From assembly GCA_041697335.1 (NCBI GenBank), contig JBGUGD010000035.1, positions 64,001 through 128,000 of the forward strand: 64,000 nucleotides of DNA, read 5' to 3'. Position numbers and translations under genes: made by a program. Positions 8,414 through 16,767 of the stretch are shown here, one piece after another. Position 1 is the stretch's first letter. Each line of letters opens with the position of its first letter. The notes under the pieces were generated by a model, which was not told the origin of the DNA, did not search any database, and was given only the letters and a program-made list of their open reading frames with translations. Origin of the DNA: Vampirovibrionaceae bacterium NZW_1234 (GTDB lineage Bacteria > Cyanobacteriota > Vampirovibrionia > Vampirovibrionales > JAGQHJ01).

Positions 8414-10105
8414 ATGACCGCACAAACCGAATCGCTGTCCTCACTGGTAAATTCGGCTCGCAATACAGCCGGTCTGATGCTTCTTGCCGACTACGGTTTA
8501 ATACGAGTGTCCGGGGCCGATGCTGCCGAATTCCTTCACAGTCAATCAACCAGTGATGTTTTGCGCCTAGCAGAGGGTGAGTCTCAAGCCTCGGCCTTGG
8601 TCGATCGTAAAGGCCATCTCCAGGCCAGCCTGACTCTGTATCGTGCCGAGGCGAGTTATTGGATCCTAGCAGAGCAATCCCAGCTTCCCGCTATTCTAGA
8701 GCGCCTTGAGGCCTATCATTTTACCGAAGATGTCCGCTTCGACAGCCAAACTGAGATTTATGACCTGATTGCACTTCAAGGCCCTCAAACCCCTCTGATT
8801 GCCCGAGAGTTAAGCCTTCCCACGGACCCTGCGATAGCTCCCTTTGAATCGGGCTGGGTTTTGAAAAAGTCTCTCACGGGCGATGACGGTCTGATTCTCG
8901 CGCTTAAGAAACCCCATGCAGGCGATTGGTTGGCGCGCCTGACGACCGTTGTTGAGACCCATGGCGGTGTTATGTTAACTCCCGAGGCCTTGGAAACACT
9001 TCGCATTGAAGCAGGGCTCCCACGCTATGGCTTGGATATGAGCATCGAGAACTTACTGCCCGAAACAGGGCTACAACAAACGGCCGTGAGCTACGATAAA
9101 GGCTGTTACACAGGTCAGGAAGTCATTGCGCGCGTGCGAACCTATGGCTCCGTGCAACGCGCCTTGATGGGACTGATCTTTCCTCCAGAAGTCTCGCTTC
9201 CACCCCTCCATAGCGAAATTCTTCTCAACAACCAGCCGATTGGGATCATCAAGAGCAGTACCCTCTCCCCCACATTGGATGCCCCCATTGCACTGGCATA
9301 CCTTTCTCGAGACCACCGGGTTCCCAATAAGATTCTGGAGGTCACCATGGCCGGGCAGCTCTACACCGTCAAAGTGGTCTTTCTTCCTTTCTATACACCA
9401 CTACAAGCAACCGAACGGGGAAAAGCCAAATATGAAGAAGGGTTGCAACGCTTTGGAGAGAACCAGGAAGCCGAGGCCATTGCCCTGTTACGAGAAGCCA
9501 TTGATCTGGATCCCCATCTGGCTGACGCCTATGAAGCGCTTGGTGTCATTTTGTCCCGACACGAGCAGTATGACGAAGCCATTACACTGATGCAGCGCCT
9601 TGCAGAAATTGATCCGGAAGCCATCATGCCTCACACCAACCTGTCCGTGTTCTATATGAAGAAAGGTATGAAAGACGAAGCCGAAATTGAAAAGGCCTTG
9701 GCAACCACCCTGGAATTCAAGAAGGCCCTTGCACAAAAGCAGCAGGAAAAGGCCACTCAACAAGCCAAACAACAGCAACGAGAAGCGCTGGAATCCAAAA
9801 TCGGCATGTTTCAGGAAGTTTTAGAACTTGATCCGGAAGATGCCCTTGCCAATTACAGCCTAGGCAATACCTACCTCCAGTTGGGCCGGAGCGCCGAAGC
9901 CATTGCGCATCTGGAGAGAGCCCTGATGAGTGATCCCAAATACACCGTTGCCTATTTGGCTTTAGGCAAAAGTCTAGAAGCCCAAGGCCAGCTTGATGCC
10001 TCCAAAAGCACTTATGAAAAAGGCATTGAAGTCGCCGCTAAACGAGGTGACTTGATGCCCCTCCAAGAAATGCAGCGACGCCTTCAAGCCATTTCAAATC
10101 AGTAA
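8414..10105 (+). CDS. ygfZ: YgfZ/Iba57 folate-binding Fe-S maturation protein fused to C-terminal TPRs
   Basis: GcvT-like N-terminus, the KGCYTGQE signature, and two TPR blocks. Confidence 0.88.
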   Translation: MTAQTESLSSLVNSARNTAGLMLLADYGLIRVSGADAAEFLHSQSTSDVLRLAEGESQASALVDRKGHLQASLTLYRAEASYWILAEQSQLPAILERLEAYHFTEDVRFDSQTEIYDLIALQGPQTPLIARELSLPTDPAIAPFESGWVLKKSLTGDDGLILALKKPHAGDWLARLTTVVETHGGVMLTPEALETLRIEAGLPRYGLDMSIENLLPETGLQQTAVSYDKGCYTGQEVIARVRTYGSVQRALMGLIFPPEVSLPPLHSEILLNNQPIGIIKSSTLSPTLDAPIALAYLSRDHRVPNKILEVTMAGQLYTVKVVFLPFYTPLQATERGKAKYEEGLQRFGENQEAEAIALLREAIDLDPHLADAYEALGVILSRHEQYDEAITLMQRLAEIDPEAIMPHTNLSVFYMKKGMKDEAEIEKALATTLEFKKALAQKQQEKATQQAKQQQREALESKIGMFQEVLELDPEDALANYSLGNTYLQLGRSAEAIAHLERALMSDPKYTVAYLALGKSLEAQGQLDASKSTYEKGIEVAAKRGDLMPLQEMQRRLQAISNQ

Positions 10106-10342
10106 AGACTTCAATTCTTCTAGAGTGGAAAAATAGTACTGGCGTAATACACTGCCATTATGTGGGCTAGAGGGGCCATTCCCCGGCTATCTTTCTTTAC
10201 TTCTTTTACAAGGCTGTTTTCCTGGCAATGCCTAACCTTGGGACCTATATCCGAAGCTAATTTTACAGCAAAACCACAGAACTTATTGATTTCTCCGAGA
10301 GGTTGGCCACCACTGAGAACTTCAACCGGTGTCTTTGGTTAT

Positions 10343-10393
10343 CTTAAATATGTATTAACCCCGTCATAAAATTCCCACATATTGTTTTTATAT
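10343..10393 (+). promoter_or_regulatory. Conserved 51-bp promoter element, copy 2 (upstream of the toxin gene)
   Basis: CTTAAATATG-TATTAACCC-CGT-CATAAAATTC-N7-TTGTTTTTATAT, followed by TATAGT at 10395-10400. Confidence 0.65.
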
Positions 10394-10489
10394 ATATAGT
10401 TGTGTGTGATTCAGTGAGACTTGCCTGCGCCGTGGCACAGGACCGTCTAAACAACCATCCCGCTTTTGTAGTGGGAAGGAGGATTGGCT

Positions 10490-13400
10490 ATGTCTGGTAT
10501 TACTGAGAAATCAACCTTTATCTCAAAGGCTAAAAGCGTGCCGCTAGAGTCTTTAAATGTTTTGGACATCAAACCTTCAGACACTGTCAATCTGATGGAC
10601 TTGCTCAAGAAAAGCAAACCGGATTATTCCAAATATTTTGCAACCGATTTAGGCACTAAAATGCCTGGCACCACAACAAAGCCTCCTGCAAAATCCGAGT
10701 TTTCAGGTAGCTCCTTGAAGGATAGTACTGCTTCCACCGACGGATTACCTAAAATGCTGTCCTTAAAAAAACCGGCACCCAAACCCTTCACACCAAGCAG
10801 TGATCCAGGGGGCACGAATGAACCGGTCATGGTGGATGGAAAACCCATGATCTTGATAAGGAGACCTTGGGTCCAGCCCAAAATGACGGAAGGAAAGGGG
10901 GGAAAACGGCTTGATAAAGATGAAAACATCCCATTCTTACTCGTTCCTCAAGAGATGCCACCTGAGGAGGTTGTAGAATCCTATATTTTACCGGACCTGT
11001 ATCAACGCATCGAAGCCATTCAGGAACGCCGCCGCAACAGTCCATTCGCCAGTACACGGTATAACCTGGCTGAACGTCGTGATTTATTTCGACTGCAGCA
11101 TAGCTATTATATGCTACGAGCCTTTGCACAAAACCCTGAATTCCGAGCCCAGCTTGGCAACAACATAGAAAACCTTTACGAATTCATTCAGGAAGACATG
11201 GACCTACTGAATGATATGAGAAAGCATGAGCCAGAGTATTTTGATATGCGCCCCCAATTGGTACCGGCGATGTTTAAAGGCTACAAGGCGGGCGCATCGG
11301 GAGATTTTATCAAGGATTTGACCCGTGAACTATCCGAATTAAACGGCATTGATGTGAGCTGGGATATTCGAGAAGAACGATTAGTCCCACCGGCAAAAGA
11401 TTTTCGTGGCAGAAATATCGCTTTAGCCATACCAAAACTTGAGGCTCACACAAAAGCGCATGGAAGTATGGAAGGGCTTGTCTTTTCTGAAGCGGACTTC
11501 AGTGAGGTCGATCTATCGACGTTAAATGTGCGTGGGGCTGATTTTTCAAAAGCCTGGGGAGTCGTCTTTAGGGGAACTATTGATGCGGAAAGCCTCTCCG
11601 GCGTGAATTTACGATATAGCCCAGGGTACACCCCACTGGGTTGGAAGCCCGGCGAGAAATACGTGGGTCCTCCAATAGGTGCTCAGTTCAGAGATGCCAA
11701 AATCGTCGGTGATCTCCGTCGCATGACACTTACCGGGGCCCATTTGCACGATGTTAATCTGGATGAGGCCAACCTACAAGGGGCCGACTTTACCGGCTCA
11801 CGTGGTGTTCGCTTCAAAGGCACGTTAGATCCTAAGCGGTTTGAAGGCAGTACGCTTACCGATACCCACTTTGATGAGGCTGTTATTGACGGTGACTTTA
11901 CCCCAGGAACCCGGCTCAACGGAGTTTTCTGGAGCAAAACCAACCTGACCAAAACCAACATGCAAGGCCGGAATCTTGAAGGCAGTGTTTTTGAAGGGAG
12001 CAATGCCAGCGGTGTCAGCTTTGAAAATGCCTGGCTCGATGAAGTCGTCACTGATAGTGCCAATTTCTCAGGTGCCCGCTTCCAGGGTGCCAGCTTCCAA
12101 AAAGCGGTAATGGCCAATACAAATCTCTCCGGCGCCGTCTTCAATGAACGAACCAATTTCCAGGATGCTCAATTTGTACACTGCAACCTGACCAATATTC
12201 AGGCCAAGGGCGTCACCATGCGTGGCGTCATTCTCCATGGCTCGGTCCTCCATGGAGCCCATATGGAGGGCGCCTCGTTGGAAGAGGCGAATTTGTCCAA
12301 TGTACAGCTAGATGGCAGGACCAATTTGCATAAGGCAAATTTGACAGGCGCTATGCTACACGGGCTTCGCGTCACGGATAGCGCCGACAACCGAACCAAT
12401 CTGGCAAAGGCCACCTTAACAGGAGCCAGTCTGCTGGATGCACAACTAGGCCATGCCGATTTATCCGACGCCAACTTGGAAGGCGCCAATTTGCAGGGAG
12501 CAAACCTGAGTCAGGCCGTGCTAACCGGCGCCAAGCTGGATGGCGCCGTCTACGATGACCGAACCCAATTCCCCGGCATCAATAACACCGACCCGGCTGC
12601 TCGGGCTGAATTTGCAAGACGACATAACATGGTTCACATTAACCAACTGGAAATGATGCATCAAGCTGAATCCACCTCGGCCATCAGTGGCCTAATGACC
12701 GAGATGTACAATCGAGTCCGGGATCAGTTTGATACAGTACGTTATTCCAAAGCTATGGAAAAAACGGGCAGAACGTACACTGTCGAACATCGGACACCCC
12801 ATGCCATGTCCATCCAGGTTGACAACATCAGCAAAGAAGTTGAGCAATTGTCCAGAATTTCCCAAGAGGGCTACACTCCAGACTCTCGAACTCGGTTTAA
12901 TACGCAGTTCCATAAGCTATACGGATTCAACCCGGGGGAGCCGTCGGAAGGGTTTCGAAATCTCGTAGGGCATCTCAATAATCTACCCATTAATAGCCAA
13001 GGCGAAATCCGTCAGGAAGATCTCCTTGCCGTGTTCGATAACGATGATGCAATTAACGCTTTCCCAGAAGGCAGCGTGATGCGAGAAACCCTCTCAACCA
13101 TCCGTCAAGCTTTACAGGAAGGACGAGACAGCGCCTCCCGCCGATCCATGATTGCAGGCTTAGCCGCTTTTGTGGCGGTAGGAATAGTTGCTGTTGCAAC
13201 AGGAGGAACAGGTATAGCCCTGGCGGGACCGGTTGTATCGGCTTTAGCCTCTACTGCCAGCCGCGCAGTCAATGGCCGAGGAGACGGCACAGAATTCAGT
13301 GGCAGTGAATTATTGCGCTCTTTTGCTGTTGAAACCGTTGCGGGTTACGTGACTCTTCCTCTGGGTGCAGCAGGACGCTCTATTGGGTCTTTGGCCAGCC

Positions 13401-15217
13401 GTGGCGGTGGCTATGTTCTGGGACGCGTGGGAGGCCGAACCATCGCCACCTTTGCCGCCAACCCAACTGCACAGATGGCTGGACGTTTTCTGGCATCCAC
13501 TGCTGGACACGCCTATAATGGCAGCGCCTTTGCCTTCACCCACACTACGCTAGACGGGCTTAGCCGTGGCGAAAGCCTAAGCAGTTCTCTATCCCGAGGT
13601 CTGCATTCGATGCCAGAAGGCGCCGTTGCCGGTATTTTGATTGGTACCCCCATGCAGGCAGGTCATCGAGGTCTCAGCCGATTGCTAAGACGCGGTAGCG
13701 AACCCACTCCGGAACTTTCGCCTGCAGGCGAAAAGCCTACGGCGAAATTGGCTACCGAGACCACCCCGATAATGGAGCGGTTCACCCTCCCAAAACGCTC
13801 ATCCGCCAAATACATGGAGAAATTCACGGGCAAAGACCTGACAGAACGTCTAGGCGTTAAAGAAAAAATGACGCCAAAAGCCGCCGAAAAGATGATGGAT
13901 CCCAGTCCCGAGAATCCGGTAGTCACGGAGAAAACCCTCTTTAAAAGCAAAGCCAAAGGCACAGTGCCTACCGAGCGTCCAATAGAACTTCACCGCAGCA
14001 GAACAGGATCGGATTCAACAATAACGATTGAACTGCGGGATGCTCGAGGCAATACCCGCCCGGAAGTTATTAACTCGGTTGCTGAAGCCATTGGCGTCTC
14101 TCCTGAGAATATTAACATCCGTGTGGTCCGCCCACATGAGGCTCCTCATACCACGATAAATGCACGTGGCCAAGTGGAAGTTGTTCTCCCAAGAGAAGGC
14201 GTTGGTCGGGTTCGTCTAGTGGAATTGGCCCATGAGATGCATCACGCTCAGCTTGTCAGACAAGCCCAGATTGGGGGGCCTGGCTCTCCTGCAGCCAGAC
14301 GACTCGAGTCTTATCAGCAGGTTGATAACGCCTACCAAAGAACCTGGGAGAGGGCGCAGCATGAGCGCAACACCACTGGTCGCATTTCGGAAGCCACGCA
14401 ACGCGACCTGGATGCTGCTCGATTTGCGTATGAAAACCATCCTGTCGAATTGTCCGCTCGCGCTGCGGAATATCAAGCCCTGGCCAGTGTGGGCCGCCAA
14501 GGCCAACCGGCACTAAACCATGCCGATCGGCTCGTTGCCAAAGCCAATGCCATGGAACAGGTAATGGCAGCAGATACGCCACAAGCCTTTGAAGCCGCAC
14601 TTCGGCAAGCTCGTGATGCAGGCTATAGCGGACCGGAAATCACCCGAATCCGCAGTTTGCGTCCTGATTTAACCTCGACACCTACCGGGGGCCCGCGTAT
14701 TCCACAAAACGCAACAGGTCCGGAAGTTGCTACCCAGTTAAGAGGCACCCTTGTGGAGCCCAGAACCTACGGTGGTGAAAGACTGACAAATACGTTTGTT
14801 GTTCGGGAAGGCAATAATTATCATATTATTCAGCCTGGGACGAATCCGTGTACCGGGCAACCGCATCCCGTCCATACCATTAACGCTTCATTAGTCACAG
14901 CCTCAACGCCGCTTCAAAGCCATGTCAATGCCTATTTAGGTCGTATTCGCCCTACATCCGCCCAGGCTCGAACGTATCTTGAAAGGAGAGGCTATACTCT
15001 TGAAGCAACCGGTGAAACCAGTCATGGTCAACCGATTTACAGAGTGCTACAAAATGGCCGTAACACAGGACGGCGCATTAGCTTTGATGTCGGAAGCGGT
15101 AACAATGCCGGATCCCATGAAGGCGCCATCTGGAAAGATGTTACCCGAGGCACCAGAAGCGACCAACGAGTACCAGTTGATCACAACTTAGATCCGATTG
15201 AAGGCTATTCACTATAA
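10490..15217 (+). CDS. Large polymorphic toxin/effector: pentapeptide repeats, hydrophobic Gly/Ala region, HExxH metallopeptidase-like domain, C-terminal Ntox21-like RNase
   Basis: AxLxx repeats (~11470-12560); hydrophobic segment (~13150-13250); ELAHEMHH...HPVELSAR; C-terminus SHGQPIY...ISFDVG...SHEGAIWK...DHNL; AGGAGG SD. Confidence 0.8.
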   Translation: MSGITEKSTFISKAKSVPLESLNVLDIKPSDTVNLMDLLKKSKPDYSKYFATDLGTKMPGTTTKPPAKSEFSGSSLKDSTASTDGLPKMLSLKKPAPKPFTPSSDPGGTNEPVMVDGKPMILIRRPWVQPKMTEGKGGKRLDKDENIPFLLVPQEMPPEEVVESYILPDLYQRIEAIQERRRNSPFASTRYNLAERRDLFRLQHSYYMLRAFAQNPEFRAQLGNNIENLYEFIQEDMDLLNDMRKHEPEYFDMRPQLVPAMFKGYKAGASGDFIKDLTRELSELNGIDVSWDIREERLVPPAKDFRGRNIALAIPKLEAHTKAHGSMEGLVFSEADFSEVDLSTLNVRGADFSKAWGVVFRGTIDAESLSGVNLRYSPGYTPLGWKPGEKYVGPPIGAQFRDAKIVGDLRRMTLTGAHLHDVNLDEANLQGADFTGSRGVRFKGTLDPKRFEGSTLTDTHFDEAVIDGDFTPGTRLNGVFWSKTNLTKTNMQGRNLEGSVFEGSNASGVSFENAWLDEVVTDSANFSGARFQGASFQKAVMANTNLSGAVFNERTNFQDAQFVHCNLTNIQAKGVTMRGVILHGSVLHGAHMEGASLEEANLSNVQLDGRTNLHKANLTGAMLHGLRVTDSADNRTNLAKATLTGASLLDAQLGHADLSDANLEGANLQGANLSQAVLTGAKLDGAVYDDRTQFPGINNTDPAARAEFARRHNMVHINQLEMMHQAESTSAISGLMTEMYNRVRDQFDTVRYSKAMEKTGRTYTVEHRTPHAMSIQVDNISKEVEQLSRISQEGYTPDSRTRFNTQFHKLYGFNPGEPSEGFRNLVGHLNNLPINSQGEIRQEDLLAVFDNDDAINAFPEGSVMRETLSTIRQALQEGRDSASRRSMIAGLAAFVAVGIVAVATGGTGIALAGPVVSALASTASRAVNGRGDGTEFSGSELLRSFAVETVAGYVTLPLGAAGRSIGSLASRGGGYVLGRVGGRTIATFAANPTAQMAGRFLASTAGHAYNGSAFAFTHTTLDGLSRGESLSSSLSRGLHSMPEGAVAGILIGTPMQAGHRGLSRLLRRGSEPTPELSPAGEKPTAKLATETTPIMERFTLPKRSSAKYMEKFTGKDLTERLGVKEKMTPKAAEKMMDPSPENPVVTEKTLFKSKAKGTVPTERPIELHRSRTGSDSTITIELRDARGNTRPEVINSVAEAIGVSPENINIRVVRPHEAPHTTINARGQVEVVLPREGVGRVRLVELAHEMHHAQLVRQAQIGGPGSPAARRLESYQQVDNAYQRTWERAQHERNTTGRISEATQRDLDAARFAYENHPVELSARAAEYQALASVGRQGQPALNHADRLVAKANAMEQVMAADTPQAFEAALRQARDAGYSGPEITRIRSLRPDLTSTPTGGPRIPQNATGPEVATQLRGTLVEPRTYGGERLTNTFVVREGNNYHIIQPGTNPCTGQPHPVHTINASLVTASTPLQSHVNAYLGRIRPTSAQARTYLERRGYTLEATGETSHGQPIYRVLQNGRNTGRRISFDVGSGNNAGSHEGAIWKDVTRGTRSDQRVPVDHNLDPIEGYSL

Positions 15218-15242
15218 GCCCTGAGAAAACCGAGTGCGAGGC

Positions 15243-15563
15243 TTACTCTTCGTCCTCGTCTTCGTCGAGTTCCATTTGCTCGACGTAAGCCAAGACGCGT
15301 TCAAACTCGTCTTCGTCTTCGATGGCTTCAAAGACTTGCTCGCCATCTTCTTCGATAATGCGCATGACAACGACTTCTTCGTCGTAGCCTTCTTCCACAT
15401 CAGCGTCGTCTTGTTCGCCCAAGTACAACAAGAGCCCGTACATCTGGCCTTCCACTTCAATCATATCGATCATCTGAAAGCGATGCTCTACACCCTCCTC
15501 GTCGGTGGTAAAAATAACCGGGGCTTCGTCAAAGCCGCTGTTGCCATTCTGGGACGCAGACAT
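15243..15563 (-). CDS. DUF1292 domain acidic protein
   Basis: I.TTDEEG.E..F...IEVEGQ.Y.LL and IEDEDEFERV; AGGAG SD. Confidence 0.85.
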   Translation of the reverse strand: MSASQNGNSGFDEAPVIFTTDEEGVEHRFQMIDMIEVEGQMYGLLLYLGEQDDADVEEGYDEEVVVMRIIEEDGEQVFEAIEDEDEFERVLAYVEQMELDEDEDEE

Positions 15564-15741
15564 AGGTGCTCCTTTTTGCTGTGTTTTCGTTCAGGGGTGA
15601 TCTACATCGGGAGTGTAACACAAGTTCTCCTCCTTTCAAATGGTCCCAAACCACAACCGGCCCCGTACAATAATAAAAGCCAAAATCGGGTGTAAAAGCA
15701 CCCTTGAGCGATATCCCTAGGAGCCAAAGGTTTCTCTCCCC

Positions 15742-16767
15742 GTGATCGATATCGAAGCCGTTAATCCCGTCAACGTGGGGGCTATGCAACCCCTCTATAC
15801 CAGCTTTCGCAAAATTGCCGAAAGCGATTACGGCTGGCCTCTCAGTGCTATCGACTTTAACGGATTACGACAGATCCTTTTATCGGGCCTGATGAGTGCC
15901 TATTTGATTAAGGATTTTCATCAACAACGCTATATTGGTTTTATGCTCTATCAGGTGGAGCCTTACCGTGCCCTGGAAATAAAAGTCATTTACCTGGACC
16001 AGGACGAGAATGTCAAAGCCATTTTGGACACGCTCTTTCCCAAGTTCCTGGACGATTGCAAGGCCTATAGTGATCACTGGGATGTCATCAGCTACCCGGT
16101 TTTGGGAATCGGCCAAAGCCGCTATGTGCGTTATTTGACTTGGTATGGTCTTAAGCCGGTAGGCCAATCCGTCGTGAACTTTAATATTTTTGATGGCATC
16201 TCCGTCGAGATTTTCAAGAAACAACACTACACCGCACCACCGGAAGGCTATCGCTTTATCTCCTGGGATGATCAATATACGGAAGGGGTCATCGACGTTC
16301 TTAGCGAAGCGTTTGCGACGTCGGTTGATGCATTGTGGGATCCCCGGTTTCGCTCTCGCGACGGGATTCGTCAGGCCCTGGAATTTGTAAAAACTGGGGG
16401 CTACGGAACGTTTTGGCCCTCGTGTAATACCATTCTGTTAAACGACCAAAACCAGGCCGTGGGCGTCTGTTTGCTTAATGTGGTAAGCAAGGATGAAGCC
16501 AATATTCCGCTGATTGGGCTGTTGAAAAGTGAGCGCCGACACAAGCTGGGACGCACCCTCCTTGCCCAGACCGTGGAAAAATGCATCAACGAAGTCTTGG
16601 CAGGCAAGCTCAAAATTCAGAAAATTTCCGCTACCGTGGCAACCGAAAACATTCCGGCTGTTCGCATGTATCGACACACCGGGTTTCAGGAACACCACTG
16701 GTATACTCATATGTATGAAGATCGCAGTGATGTGCTCAATCGCAAGAAAGCAGGTCAATGGTGCTAA
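15742..16767 (+). CDS. GNAT family N-acetyltransferase (probably tandem GNAT)
   Basis: ERRHKLGRTLL acetyl-CoA motif and ENIPAVRMYRHTGF. Start may be 15784. Confidence 0.8.
   Translation: MIDIEAVNPVNVGAMQPLYTSFRKIAESDYGWPLSAIDFNGLRQILLSGLMSAYLIKDFHQQRYIGFMLYQVEPYRALEIKVIYLDQDENVKAILDTLFPKFLDDCKAYSDHWDVISYPVLGIGQSRYVRYLTWYGLKPVGQSVVNFNIFDGISVEIFKKQHYTAPPEGYRFISWDDQYTEGVIDVLSEAFATSVDALWDPRFRSRDGIRQALEFVKTGGYGTFWPSCNTILLNDQNQAVGVCLLNVVSKDEANIPLIGLLKSERRHKLGRTLLAQTVEKCINEVLAGKLKIQKISATVATENIPAVRMYRHTGFQEHHWYTHMYEDRSDVLNRKKAGQWC

Noticed and set aside
11470..12560. Repetitive DNA as a possible CRISPR or tandem array
   Set aside because: The periodicity is protein-level pentapeptide repeats; no identical repeat-spacer units were seen here or elsewhere in the window.
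15234..15695. Plus-strand ORF after the toxin as a candidate immunity gene
   Set aside because: It is the antisense shadow of the clear DUF1292 gene; its F/V/L-rich composition mirrors acidic codons on the other strand.
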